A stretch of 64,000 bases of DNA from Eledone cirrhosa (GCA_964016885.1 OZ024741.1:172360001-172424000); one strand, 5' to 3'. Positions 31,251 through 46,609 are shown, counted from the stretch's first letter. Notes: generated by a model not told the origin, from the letters alone. Numbers and translations are program-made.

Positions 31251-31399
31251 CAGATTCTGTTGTTTTTTTTTCTTTTTTTCTATATATGTCTTGCCTCGAG
31301 TGAATTATTTTTATATCTACGTACTCTGATGTGTTGATCAGAGGTAAATAATGTATTGGAGATCGAGTGACGCAGCTTCAAGCGATTAGCGAACTCTAG

Positions 31400-31429
31400 A
31401 CTCACCTGATGAACGAAACAATTGTCAGT
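31400..31429 (+). ncRNA. Stem-II-less hammerhead-like core (mirror copy 28701-28730 on minus)
   Basis: CUGAUGA-AC-GAAAC-AAUU-GUC; palindromic ACAATTGT; stem I poor. Confidence 0.5.
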
Positions 31430-31488
31430 ACTTTAAATAAAGCCACTTATTGTTCAGACAACCATGTTACTCTTCATTATTTCATTAT

Positions 31489-32293
<805 letters not shown>

Positions 32294-32465
32294 TACATAT
32301 ATATATATATGTATATATATAGATATATAGATAGATATACACATATATATATGTGTGTATATATACATATATATACATATACACATATATACATAGATAT
32401 ATACATACATAAATACATACATGCACACATACATGTATATATATGTATTTACATATACATATATG

Positions 32466-32586
<121 letters not shown>

Positions 32587-32624
32587 GTATATATACATAT
32601 ACATATGTATATATACATATGTGC

Positions 32625-32664
<40 letters not shown>

Positions 32665-33354
32665 GTTTCTACTTATGGCACAAGGCCAGCAAATATCCAG
32701 TGTATTACTGCTACTTTATTTTATCGACCCCTTAAGGATGAACGGCAAAGTTAACCTCGGCGGGATTTGAACTCAGTCGGTAATATAATGAAGAGAGATA
32801 AACACAGATATATACATATATGTGTCAAATCCAAGGGACCTTATATACATACATACATATATACATACATATATACATACATAGTAAAATTAAAACATAC
32901 ATATTTTACTACTGTTTTCTTAATACTATCTCCTTTAGCACTGTATCGTTGTACCGCCTTGAGTTTCCCATATAGTGATATTCACTAATAGAGAAACCCT
33001 TGCAGCAGTGTTTCATTCAACGTACTGTCAGTACGTATATTCAAGATGATATACGTTCACTATTCTCGCCAGCATTTCCCTTCAGCATTCCTTCACCTAT
33101 AAATTATACTCTAACCAACAGAACCCCAACCAGAACTAAATATGATATCAGATAAGGCTCGCTCTCCACTTCCTTAATATCTAATTCTTATCTTTTTGCA
33201 ACATCCCGTTTGTAAATAATTTGGACAGGGAAAGTGCAAGTGACTTAATATATGAGATGAGTGGTTGCAATGATTTCTAGTTGTAGATTTAGCTGTTCAC
33301 ATGCGAGCATACACACACACACATATATATACATATACAAACACACACACATAA

Positions 33355-33385
<31 letters not shown>

Positions 33386-33448
33386 GAGAGAGATTCATAC
33401 ACATACACACCACCATTGTATTGTAATTGTACTCCCGCGTCGTTTTTG

Positions 33449-33500
<52 letters not shown>

Positions 33501-34221
33501 TAGTAATGTGTATGAATAGTTATGTATGTATATGTAGCTATTTAAAGTCGGTGAATCGCCAGAGTGGTTAGGATGTATAGAATGTTTTGCAGTATTCATT
33601 TCGACTCTCTGCTCTCTGAGTTCACATCCCGTCGAGGTCAACTTTGCCTTTCATCCAATTGAGGTCGAAAAAAAAGTACCAGTCTAGTACTGGATCGATT
33701 CTTCCTCTATATATATTTCCCACTTCCATGTTCTCACTGTCGATTCTTCTCCAGAAGAAATGTGCTCTGTTCAGAGCTCGAAAGGGATGGGATCCACCAG
33801 GTTCAAAAATGCCCTAGAAACGTTTCCCAGTCAATACGGCGCCCCTACGGGTCCCTCAGGATTTACGGTATGCATGTGTTTATTTCTATTTAAACACACA
33901 CATATGTATGTGTATATTGTGGCTGCCAACTCGTTTTCGAGTACGGCCACTACTTTATATCCATGTAGGAGAACTCCTACCGATGCGCTGAACGATTGTG
34001 ACTTTTTAGTCCAGCCAGTTGAAAACTCTGGTACTTGTGACAATTATTGACACATAGTGCTGGGCCCATGGTACCATGTGACGACAAGTGCAGAGAGATC
34101 TCCAGATATAAAGCAATGCCTGTGCTGTGAAGCTTTTATAGTGAGCAAAGGCACTGCACAAAGCCAGTCCCACTCTCTTAACCAAGATGATATATACTGT
34201 ACATACATACATATATATATA

Positions 34222-34267
<46 letters not shown>

Positions 34268-34270
34268 AAG

Positions 34271-34440
34271 GGCGGTGAATAGGCAGTATCGGTAGAGGGT
34301 TGGGCGCCATGCTTTCTAGCATAGTTACGTCCCTTTACAGTCTGAGTTCAAATCCCGCCGAGGTTAACTTTGCCTTTCATCCTTACGGGGTCGATAAAAT
34401 AAAGTACCAGTAATGTACTGGCTAATTGTTGGCTTTGTGC

Positions 34441-34442
<2 letters not shown>
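34271..34442 (+). mobile_element. SINE between (ATT)n tracts
   Basis: Head, core and tail all present. Confidence 0.9.
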
Positions 34443-34489
<47 letters not shown>

Positions 34490-37400
34490 GGCGACCTACG
34501 TAGTAAATCGTATCATCGTGAGCTCCGTAAAGGTTTGTTATGTTCAGTTATTTAAAATTGCCATTTATGGAAAATTTTTATTGTTAACTGTATATAAGTG
34601 CACATACATTGTTATCTGAAAAGAACACCAAAAAAAAATTGGGGCCTTGTGCCCAAAATTTAAACTTTTATGATTATCAAAAAATTTCTTTAAAAAAATC
34701 ATGGCTGTCTCACCTCTGCCCCAAGCAACTGAGAGCCTTCCTCACAAACTAACACCTCACACCGACACCACCATTGTAAATATTACTACGTTTGCCAACA
34801 CTAAAAAAAATATAAGCAGTAGCAATATTTTTAATTTGTCTCAGGCAGACATTCATTTCCCGCCATTACCAATGACTGCAGGTGTTAAAGCCGCAAACAC
34901 CACCACCACCGCGACAACCACCACACTCACCACACCGCGACAACAGAAACAAAAGAAAAAAATAAATTAACTCGTGATATCGAAATGAATTCAACCAAAA
35001 TGAACACTTCCACACCGAACACCACTGACGCCACCACCACCACAACTGAAACTAAAATTAATAATAACAAAAATAACGATAACAACAACAGCAACAATGA
35101 CATTAAGAAAACCACCCTGAGTTTGCCAGAGTAGCAAAATAGTGCGAAGTGTTTCAGGTAACTCAGGAGGAATTAGAAGAAACCAAAAAAATGGTAAAGA
35201 AAGATGGGTACGGGGTCAGCCCCCCCCCCCCCTAATAAAAGGGAGCATCGGCGCCTATGCACCGTGTCTTATCGAACAATTAATATAAAATCACGCCGAG
35301 TGGAACGGGCATCCGAGTCCCAAATCCAAAAAGCTTTGGGACATGTGTGGGAAAAGAAAACCCACATCAGACGTGGGCAGAAGTATGGAACCGTGGACGT
35401 GTTCTTTGAAACACCACAGGAGGCTAGAGAACACTCCATGGCCCCATTAAGAAGTGCCGACATCACACTCGTCCCAAGCTATTGTGACCAGAGAATCGTA
35501 AAGATCAGGGTCACCCACGTTCCACCGGCCATCGAAATTCCCTGGCTAATAGCTGCCGTCCTCGCCGGCATTGAAGCCAACACCAAGATAATCGAAATAG
35601 CGAAAGAAAAGCAGTAGAACTGGTCCGGATCAAAACAACCAAAACGATACACACTACACGGGCATTAAATTTGAACAACAACCAATTATTACACTACATC
35701 CAACACAACACCAGCATCGCAGAAAAAGACTACACAACCCAAAAATTCACACCACCTCCACACATACAAATCACTCGCATCACACAGAAAACGTACATGA
35801 CACTAAAACAAAAATTCCCCAAAGACACCGGAGACTTCCGACAAGCACTCTCCAGAAGGATTTATAAGGACATCCTTCCTGAGGAGGCCACAAGCAGTGA
35901 AAAGGATTGAGAAACCGTCCTTCCTCTACGAGAAGTAAGGTAAGTGGTCTTTCCCATCTTTTCCACTCCATTTCAACATGACCTCACTTAGAATAGGCAG
36001 CATAAATGCGCGTGGCTTGGGGTCGTCATGGAAGCAGGGCCACCTGCTCAACGACCTCAGGTCACGAAACATAGATCTAGTGGCCATCAGCGAGACCAAA
36101 ATCTCCGAAGCACGGGCCTTCGCACCGATCTTCGGCGGCTACGATGTGTTCGCATCTCCCAGCCGTCCAGGATCGGGGGAGGAGTTGCTGTGCTTTTTCG
36201 GAGAGGTTTGGATCTTGCCACACGGGCCATCTTCCTGGACCCAGAAGGTAAGTTGGTGGTGCTGGACGTGACCAGCGGAGCCGGGCAAGCTTTCAGGCTA
36301 GTGGCCGTCTATGCCCCGACAAGAGCAGGGCGGCCTGATTTCTTCCGGTGGTGGAGACCTTTCTTGGAACGTCCCGCTCTTTAGTGTTAGTGGGCGACTG
36401 GAACGGGATCTTAGATGCACGCTGGGACTGTGTGGGATTAGCGGATAGGGGAGGATGGTGCAAGAGTCTCACCAACCTGCTCAGGCGTTTTGAACTGTCT
36501 GACAGGTACCGATTGGATTTCCCGAATGTGCCAATGTGGACTTGGACAAATCGCATAGTGTCATCCAGATCATATCTAGATAGAGTATTTTGTAAGGAAA
36601 TATATAGGTCTAGCATAGGCTGTCCACAATTCAAGATAGTCAGCTACACGGACCACAAATTTGTGATCTGTGTGCTTGACTTAGATAGGCTTCATAGACG
36701 AGGACCCGGCAACTGGAAGCTAAACGCGTCCTTACCAGCGCTCAAGGCCTACAGAGACCGGATTAGCGAACTAGTTAAGCCGGTATTGACGGGGGCCATC
36801 GTCAACAACAAGTGGTGGTTTGCTCTGAAAAGAGCGATTAGAATAGAGTCCATTAGGTTTAGTAAGACTTTAGCAATAGAGAAAAATAGAGCAGAGGGAG
36901 AATTAGTTAGAAAATTAGACGAGGCGCTTTGCAAAGGCAACGCGACCGACGTGCTTGCGGCGAAATTCGCCTTTGACCAATTCTTCAATGCAAAGCACGA
37001 AGGCTGCGTTGTCAGAGCTAGGGTGCGTGCTCTCAGACACGAGAGGTCGAAAGCCGTTCAATGGGCCCGAGTGGCGGAGGCAGGTCGTGGCAACACAGCC
37101 ACGATCCGGTCTTTGGTGGACCACGACGGGCGCATGCTACTCGATCCCGGGCAAATGTGTGAAGCTTTTCAGCGACACTTCACTCAAATGTTCGGGGTCA
37201 GCGGCGGGCCGGATCGAGGGATGGACTTTAGTGTCTACCTCGACGGACTGCCGCGGATCTCGGCCCCTGAGGCGGAGTGTTGCGAAAAGCCGATAAGAGC
37301 CGCTGAAGTACGGGAGGCAATGACTGGCTGCACAAGGGGTAAATCGCCTGGTTTGGATGGTCTGCCCTATGAACTTTACGTACAGATGCCAGACTTGTTC

Positions 37401-39606
37401 GGAGGCCATTTGGCGGACGTCTACTGCAACTGGCAACAGAGTGGGAGAATTCCCAGCTCTGTGAGCCGAGGAGCTGTGGCGCTGCTGAGAAAGGATCCGA
37501 ACAACGGGGATAACATAGATAATTTCAGTCCCATAACTCTGCTAAACACAGAGTTCAAGATGTTGGCCAAGGTGCTAGCAAAGAGGTTGGCGCTTGTCGT
37601 TGATGGTCTGGTGGGAGAGGCGCAGACATGCGCGATTCCCGACAGATCCATCCACGACAACCTCCACCTCATGCGATACATCGTAGAGAGTGTAGCTAGG
37701 GAACCTGGCACGGGTGGGTCCTTGATCAATTTAGATGAGTCGTTACCTAGCCGCAGTCCTGAGGGCGGCTGGCTTTGGGCCCGTCTTCAGAGGCTGGATC
37801 GCTGCCATGCACAGTGACATCTGCTCTGTGGTGAGAGTGAACGGTCACCTTTCGGAACCGTTCAACATCATGCGCTCGGTCCGCCAAGGATGTCCCCTCT
37901 CGTCCCTCTTGTACGTATTGACTCTGGAGCCATTACTGCACAAACTGAAGACGTTGAGGAGGGTCCCGCGCGAACTAGGATGCAGAAGATCCGTGTCAGC
38001 ATATGCGGACGATGTCACCGTAGTGGTGTCGAACGCCAAACACATCGAGGCGATCGGCACTACACTAAGAGAATACGAAGCGGTGACGGGAGCAATGATC
38101 AACCAGGAAAAGTCAGTGGGCCTGCAGCTCGGCACCTGGAGAGGCAGGTCCATGCCGTCCAACAGCGTCGTCGGGCGCTGGACGGACGGACTGGTTAAAT
38201 TGCTAGGGGTCTGGTTCGGTCCAGACCTCCAGACGGACACAAACTGGGACGAGGTGACGAGTAGGGTGGCTTCTCTCACCCAGAAATGGACGGAGAGGAA
38301 GCTATCCCTGAAAGGTCGAGCGGAGGTGGCTAACGCGTACATCGCGTCCGTCATCCACTACCGCCTGACCGTTGTACCTTGTCCTAAGCCCCGCATGACT
38401 GCGCTGGAGCGTTTGCTCTTTCGCTTTTTGTGGAAAGGACGCGCTCCGATGGTCAGGCGGTCCATTTGCTGTTAACACCCGCTACGTGGAGGGATGGGCA
38501 TGCCGTGGCTGATGATGCGCAGACACGCGCTCAGGCTTCGACATCTCCACCTCTTCCTCGACGGTGATCAGGTGTGGTCGCCGTTTGCTAGACACGTCTT
38601 TCCCCAGCTCGTCTCCTTGACGGAGCTGCAATCCTGGATCAAGGGAAGACCGAGAGGGAGCGCTTGGAGACTGGAATGTCTTCAGGCGCTCGCAGCCCTC
38701 GACCAATCGGGCAATGTGATCGGTGGAAACCCCACCTTGGCGTTCTATAGAGGATTAGTGGAGGTGAAGAGCGACGACGTACTTGGAGAAACTCTAGGCG
38801 TCGACGAAAATCAACTAGCCAATCTCTTCGGAAGGACTTTCGGGGCGGGGCCTATGGACAACTACCAGAAATCCCTGGCCTGGCAGTGCTACCGAGGAGC
38901 TTTGCCAGTTCGGAATAAACTCTACAGGCATGGAGGTGCCGTCACCCGGGCATGTCCGAGATGCGCGCAGGGCGACGAAACCGTCCTGCACGCACTCGTC
39001 CAGTGTCCGAACATTGCTGACTTGTGGGTTTATGTCGAACACCTGCTGTCACGTGTAGGACGGATCCAACTATCAGCTGAGTCCATCGTGAGGATTGCCC
39101 CACCCTCTTCCTTTAGCCGAGAAGGGCAAGCAGTTTTTATCTGTCTGGTGGCCATGGCGAAAGAGATAGTATGGTGGACACGTTTGAAAGGACTGAAGAC
39201 GAGCACTTACCTCTTCGATGATTAACTTTTTCAAATTTCATTTGAAAAGGAAAATCAGGGTAGAGAGGGAAGTGCTCTCTGCCCAGAATTTTGTTGAAAG
39301 ATGGGTGAGAGAAGCAAGTATGGCCCGAGTGAATGGGCCTACTCTGAGTATGTGTCTGTAAATTAAAGGTGGAAAACTCGGAGAGGGCACTTGCCCTGGT
39401 TGTCAGGGTCGCTGTGGATTTTTAATGGGCTTTCTCCACAAATGTCCCTCGGAAGTCTCCCCCCTATTGGGGAATTTTTCATTGTTATTTTTTATTACAT
39501 CCTCTGTTTTTTTTACACGCAGAAATGCCCATTTGTACCGTCCTGTACTGTCCTGTACTGTCCTTAAAGTCTACTTTATGTAAACCCTTGTGGTTAATAA
39601 AGAAAG

Positions 39607-39607
<1 letters not shown>
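34490..39607 (+). mobile_element. Near-full-length L1-Tx1 clade LINE flanked by (ATT)n
   Basis: 5' UTR, disrupted ORF1 (~34701-35910), ORF2, 3' UTR with aataaa; (ATT)n at 34442-34489 and 39608-39629. Confidence 0.92.
35978..39361 (+). pseudogene. Tx1 ORF2 (APE endonuclease, RT, zf-RVT) with frameshifts and a stop
   Basis: SINARGL, ISET, VGDWN, YLDR, TDH; KSPGLDG, QGCPLS, AYADD, KLLG; CPRC..ETVLHAL. Confidence 0.95.
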
Positions 39608-39701
<94 letters not shown>

Positions 39702-39992
39702 TATGTATCATATGTATGTTTGTATGAATGAATGTATGTATACGCCACATAATTGCTCGAAGAAATGTAGCTAATGATGAAGTATAAATAATGACGACGT
39801 ATAAAATGAGCTGTGGACAATGAACGATAATGAATGTTGAATTAGCGCCCACCATTTTGACGGCACACCGCGAACGGAAAAGAAGAAAGTACAAAACGAT
39901 GTGTGTCTCTTTATGAAGTCTCAGTTTTGTTCTGCTGTCATATCTGATCAAAGCATTGTATAGCGCAAGACTGCCTTCCCCCTCTTCCTCTC

Positions 39993-40064
<72 letters not shown>

Positions 40065-40192
40065 TCTCTCTCTCTCTCTGCATAAATATATGATATATGT
40101 ATGTATGAATGTTTATATTTACGTATGTATATATGTATATTTATCTCTATAAATATGCTTCAGTTAAAAAAGATATATATATATATATATAA

Positions 40193-40249
<57 letters not shown>

Positions 40250-40271
40250 CATCTTTGTATATGTGTGTGTG

Positions 40272-40306
<35 letters not shown>

Positions 40307-40314
<8 letters not shown>

Positions 40315-40689
40315 AAATAACAGGAGGCTGGACTGGTGTAAATCCTTGAAAGGTTTATTATAATATGATCATTTCAATGACCGGGTTCCATATGAATCCG
40401 GTGATATCATCAGGTATTGGAATATAACATAGTAATATGTAAAAAACCATGGGTCCGAAAAATCACTTTGTGGGCGACTGGCCGAGATAAAGGCAGATAG
40501 TTGGTCAGTCGTCCTTTTTTTCTCTGTCTCTGATTTTTCGGACCCATGGTTTTTTACATTTTCCTTTGTTATATTCCAATACATGATGATATCACCGGAT
40601 TCATATGGAACCCGGTCATTGAAATGATCATAGTATAATAAACCTTTCAAGGATTTACACCAGTCCAGCCTCCTGTTATTTCATTTTAT
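40307..40689. repeat. Fold-back with ~159-bp arms and 65-bp spacer; a hammerhead in each arm (40360-40417 minus, 40579-40636 plus)
   Basis: AUAC-(C/A)UGAUGA-U-AU.ACCGG..CCGGU.AU-U-GAAAU-GAUC-AUA/(G/U)UAU; palindromic ATGATCAT. Confidence 0.85.
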
Positions 40690-41009
40690 GTATAATTAAC
40701 TCCGTATTCGCAACACCAACTACACAAGAGAAGATGGGTGAACTGCACTGCGTTGAGTACTCTTCACAATATTACACCAGGATTGACCATACGGAATGAC
40801 CAGTTCTATCCAGTGGTGAACCAACAAATCTAAAGAAATATATATATATATATGAGATTATTGAACTTTGCTTGAAGCATTGTGGAATAATAAGGTAAAT
40901 TTCTTTAAGTCGTTTGGAAGCCTCGACAATGCAAATGGGTAAATCTCCGGGTAACAAGATCCGGTGGTGGAGAGAGAGATGTAAGTGGGTGTAAGTTGAT
41001 AGCAATAAA

Positions 41010-41949
41010 TACCAGAGTGTAATGTTCATCGATAAAACCCCTAGAGGTGAATTAGCTTACAAATTTAGAAGAGCCCTAGATAAACATAAACTCAATATTA
41101 AGATAGTAGAAAGACCAGGTACCTCCATAAAACACTTATTAGCAATACAAACCCTTTTCAGAGACCTCCCTGTATACATAAGAAATGTATAATCTGTAAA
41201 CTAAGCCCCTATATTAACTGTAAAACTAGAAATGTAGTATATAGTATGTAGTATATATGTACGGAAGGACAATGTAGAGATAAGAATATAGTATACATAG
41301 GTGAGACAGCTCGTAGTATAGGGGAACGGATAAATGAACACTGGCGAGATCTTCAAGATAGTAAAGAATCATCTGTACTCCACCAACATGCTAAAATAGA
41401 ACATAAGGGTAAATTAGAGAACATAGAAATAAAAATAGAATCTACACACAGAAAAGACGCAATGTTTAGACAAATCACAGAGGCAATAAACATAAATGAA
41501 CTCCAACCAAAATTAAATAGAAAACATGAATGGAATAGCAACATCACAACTTACAATTAAGGACAAAATGAAAACACACACGCACATAGAACAAACAACC
41601 AACCTGTAACATGTAAATAAACAAATAAATAAACGAATATAAACACACACAGACACCCGGATGTAACACATGCGCAAACTAAGCACACAACACACATAAA
41701 AACAAGATGGCGTAGGACAGAACAAAGTAGAGGCACAAAAACAAAGAAAAGAATCCCCAGTCACTGAAGAGGTCACAGAATGTGTGACGAAAGAACTTTG
41801 ACAATATATGAACAATGGTCTGGTTGTGGAACCAACCAACCAACCGGAAATTTATAATTTCCTAAATTTATAAATTTAATTTATAATAAATTGAAGTGAT
41901 ATAACTGGTGCGTGTGGTTCTTATTGGCAACGTGACCCTCCCAAAGCAT

Positions 41950-41950
<1 letters not shown>
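41010..41950 (+). mobile_element. Penelope-like element 3' fragment (Neptune-type GIY-YIG plus pLTR)
   Basis: IKIVERPG, C..C..NCKTRNVVY, YIGETARSIGERINEH, VLHQHAKIEH, RQITEA, LNRKHEW; ends at (TA)n. Confidence 0.85.
41760..41802 (+). ncRNA. Hammerhead motif in the Neptune-type pLTR
   Basis: GUCA-CUGAAGA-G-GUCACA-GAAUG-UGUGAC-GAAAG-AA-CUU/UGAC. Confidence 0.7.
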
Positions 41951-41985
<35 letters not shown>

Positions 41986-42242
41986 GTTTCTACTTTTGGC
42001 ACAAGGCCAGCAATAAACCCAGTGTATTACTGGTATTTTATTTAATCCACCCCGTAAGGATGAAAGTCAAAGTTAACCTCATATATATAATGTCTAATAT
42101 AAAAATGTCTTCTACAGGACTAGAGCAGTTTCATTCTATTTGAAATCATCATAAGCCATTTACATATTAAACGTTATATTGTCTACTATGCTTTGAGTAC
42201 CTTACTTACTGTAGTTACCGCCGATTGAACCCAGGATACAAA

Positions 42243-42339
<97 letters not shown>

Positions 42340-42453
42340 GTAGTACGATGAAATGCTGGTTTTGGTAGCAAATCAAGCACTCTATTCACAAGCAGAGTGT
42401 ATATAATAGAAAAAACGAGGTAGTTTCGTTCGTTTATATATGAAACATATTTA

Positions 42454-42562
42454 TTGCGTATCGACTTGTTACGCGCGTTTCGCAGAGGATTGACTCAAGG
42501 TGACCCATAAGAGTTATGGACCCGACTCCATTATTAATCTGCTCTTCAGACTGGTGATGCAA
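42454..42562 (-). ncRNA. Type I hammerhead with long stem II, intact core
   Basis: CUGAAGA-GCAGA...UCUGC-GAAAC-GCGC-GUA; palindromic ACGCGCGT; interrupted stem I. Confidence 0.7.
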
Positions 42563-42583
42563 CGAAAGAGATATCGTTTCTTC

Positions 42584-42682
<99 letters not shown>

Positions 42683-42715
42683 TATATGTGTGTATATATA
42701 TATATATATATTTTA

Positions 42716-42982
<267 letters not shown>

Positions 42983-42984
42983 AA

Positions 42985-43144
<160 letters not shown>

Positions 43145-43849
43145 TTTATGAGGACGAGTGATGTGGGCGGCTATACGTCCGGTATACGAGTTGCTGTACC
43201 GTGGGGATTGCGAAGCATGTTCTTTTTATTTGTGTGCGTGCGTGTGTATGGGGGGGGTATGTGTGTGGGGTGGGGGTGGGGGGTGGGGGGTGGGGGTGGG
43301 GGGTGGGTGGGTGGGGGGGTACGGTTATGTGCGTTGAAGAGTTGTGTATTTTGTTCTCGAACTTATGTAGGTGTAATATCAGTCTTGTTGCGTGTTGTTC
43401 ATAGAGCCTATGTTTGTAGGTGTATTTTTGAGTGTTTTTATGTTTGACTGTGTGTGTCTCTCTGTGTGTGTGTGTGCGTGTGTGTGTGTGTGTGTGTCTG
43501 TGTGTATATATATATGTGTGTGTATGAGTGTCTGTACGTATATGCGTGTGAGTTTATATATGAATGTGTATCTATATGCTTGAGTATGTTTGACGGTATC
43601 AGAGCGTATGTCTGATTCAGTTTATGTAAGTTATTGGTGTATGTATGCGTGTGTGTGTGTGTGTGTGTGTGCGTGTGTGTATTTTTGTGTGAGCGTGTTT
43701 TTTTATCTGCGTGAGTAGTTGTATCGAATGGGTGCTCCAAAAATCTGTTTTGTGTGCGTATGTGTTGGAGTGATGAAAACATAATTCGTGATGGTGTGTG
43801 TGTGTGCATATGTAAGTATGTATTTGTGTGTGATAATGTTCTGGACATC

Positions 43850-44670
43850 TGAGTTGCTTTCATCTAACCAGTCATGAGGTTTTCTCATAGGAAATCCTAA
43901 GACTTCTACGGAAGCTGCATAGGTGGCATCTTTGAGCGCTTTCCAGGAAGCCTCAGTGTCATCAAAATCTGGACAGAGTCGAAGGATGAGTCAAGTTTTG
44001 CAGAAAGTTCCACCTTCTCATCAGTTGATCTTAAAGTACCCACATCAACCTTGGGTGAGATAGGTGGCTTTTAAAGACACCTTTTGTAGGGATGATTGAA
44101 TGAAACCTTACTGCACAGCAGTACATGATCTGAGAGATAGCAAGAAGAGTGAAAAGAAAAAATGATTTTGAATATTTTAAAAACGCCTGTGTGATGACAT
44201 ACTCAACCACTTGCCCATCCTAGGATCTAGGATGCAACCATGTTGTCTTGTGGTTTGCAGGTCGTTGAAAAAAGGTGTTAGTGTTGATAAGATCAAATTC
44301 CTTGTAGAGTGAAAGCAGCCTTGGCCCATTGTTCCAATTCTATTATACCCAAGAATATCATGCTATGATTCCTGGTCACTTGTAACTCTAACATTGAAAT
44401 TTCCCATCATGATGAGCTTGTTCTTCTTGGGAAGAGTGGAGACGACTGTATGAAGTTGACCATAACCTTTTACAATATCCTGTTCAAATGAATAAAGAGT
44501 CGGGGCATAACAACTTACTAATGTAACAGAGGTGTTGAGTTCTAGATCCAGAGAAAGATTTATGACGCGATCACTGACACATTTGGAGAATGATGTTAGG
44601 GATCTAACAATCTCAGATTTAATGACAAAACGAACACCAGATTAACGGTGCCAATGAAGACCGATCTTCG
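43850..44670 (-). mobile_element. Decayed RTE-clade LINE endonuclease fragment
   Basis: VSDRVINL..TLVSCYAPTL, LIMMGNFNVRV, SDHVLL. Confidence 0.7.
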
Positions 44671-44889
44671 TTTCAGGTATGTAATGCTGTCCTAGAGTGT
44701 TCTCACATGCCAAGAATCTATATATATATAAACATGATTTGTTTCCGATCGTAACATGGTGGATAGCTAAATGTATTCGTGAGTGAATAATGATATTATT
44801 AATATTCGGTTTATTTGCAAGCAAATAGCCTCATAAATGTTATATTTATATACGTCTCTGGTGACCCCATAGTATTTCTTCCTACTTGG

Positions 44890-46600
44890 TGTAAGAAAAG
44901 ACTTAATAGACGAATTTATTGGCTATGGAAAACAAATGGACAAACCTGAATCATTACAAAATAACTCAGTTAAAAATGGAACTTTTTATGATGTCTAATG
45001 ACAACATAAACCGTGAAGAGGTGCTAAGGTAGTGGCAGAATTGAAGTGAAATTTGACTTTAAATAGAGATAGAATTAAAGCATACTAAAATAGAATGTAA
45101 AAAATATTGGCAAAGGGAAACAAGATCAACTCCTCATTGATAAAAAATAACCAGAAACTGTAAAGAAAGACAGACATAGTTAGCTACGACCTGGATTGAT
45201 TATAATGAGGCTTTTGATATCATTCCACATTCCTGAATAATAAAATCATTCCTCAAAAATAATACGAAATCCCGAGAGACATAATTCCCAATAAGCGGCG
45301 AAAAGATTGAAAAAGTCAAAATAAAGAAAGGAATATTTTAAATGGATAACATATATTTAAGATCAGACTTATCACTATATTCCATAGGAAGGTGAAAGCA
45401 GGATATGAACTAGGAAAAGGAGACCAAACATTAGCCACCTATTATTTATGGATGACTTAAAATTATTTGCTGAGAAGAAAACACAACTTGACATTTGATG
45501 AACATCATACTGGTATTCATCGAAGACATAAGAATATAATTTGGAATGAACAAGTGTGATACCTTTACTGCGAAAAAAGGTCAAATCGTCTGAGATAGGA
45601 ATAATTGCGTTTCCTACAAATGAAAGAATAAAACAAATAGATAAGAAAACCTGGCAAAAGTATTTAGGAATTTTAAAAGCGGAGAGTAAAGTGACAAAAA
45701 AGTGAAAGAAATAATGGAAAATGATTATAAAAGAATGGCGGAGAAGAATATCAAAATTCCGTCTGAATACTAGAAACGTCATCACAGCTATCAACACATC
45801 TGCTGTCGTGATCATTTGATATAATGTTGGTATCGTCAACTGGAGCTATATGAGAGTTGCTGTCAATGTAAAACTTGTTCATAAATAGATGATATTTAAA
45901 GACTATAAAACTATACTAATTAGTGTAGAACGTTGTGTTATAATGGAGGGATACTGTCAGAGTATATCAGAAAGCAATAAAATAAAACTGATGGCTGTGA
46001 AAAACTAACAAACGATAAACTGAAGAATAAAAGCAGATATAATGGAAAGTGGAAAAGGAAAACTGAAGGAAAAAGGAAGTATGGAATTTTCTTCGCCGTA
46101 TTTAGGAACACTCGAACTTGCGAGTCATTAAGGAAAAGAAATGTTAAGTAAGTCACACAAATCGCTATAATAGGATCACAAAGACAAGCTATAAGATTAG
46201 AGTACATGTAGACAAGAACAGTGTATTTCTTCTATGTTGGTTATGTGGCGAAAAAGAAAAGAGTGTAGTTCACTAAATAACAGCGTGTATACATCTGGCA
46301 TAGAAAATAATACAAAGGCTGGAAACACAACACAATTGCATTAGATATACACTGGTTGTTGTGTAAAACAGTATAGAAAATCATCAAAGTATTATGAACA
46401 AGAATTTTATTGGAAATGGAAATTCAGGCAGACAAAAAAAAATAGAATATTCAAAACAAGATATAATCATTATATAAGATAATAGATATAATCTTCACAT
46501 TCGGCAATAAGATGAAGCGTAAAGAAAACAAGAAGATACATGAATAGCAGGATCTAAAGTAGGAATTAAAAAGACTATGAAAATGCAAAATCGCAGCGCA
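44890..46600 (+). mobile_element. Decayed R4/Dong-type LINE
   Basis: WIDYNEAFDIIPHS, ISHLLFMDDLKLF, KYLGIL, TAINT. Confidence 0.75.
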
Positions 46601-46609
46601 TGCTGTCTT

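Larger units (their letters stand above)
28480..31480 (-). mobile_element. Penelope-like element, Naiad-type, 5'-truncated, with inverted pLTR copy (28652-28855 vs 31275-31478)
   Basis: WCNTNEAIDWF, FVQYDINDYYSSI, FDITMGSNDSVQVTDLVG, GGIYRDDTL, WFNPIFN, CNC..CP..C..VY, HLGSTAGEFKK, CGLC; stops and frameshifts; (TA)n on both sides. Confidence 0.88.

Noticed and set aside
34490-39607. Active autonomous LINE
   Set aside because: ORF2 has frameshifts, a deletion near 37735 and a stop at 38473-38475
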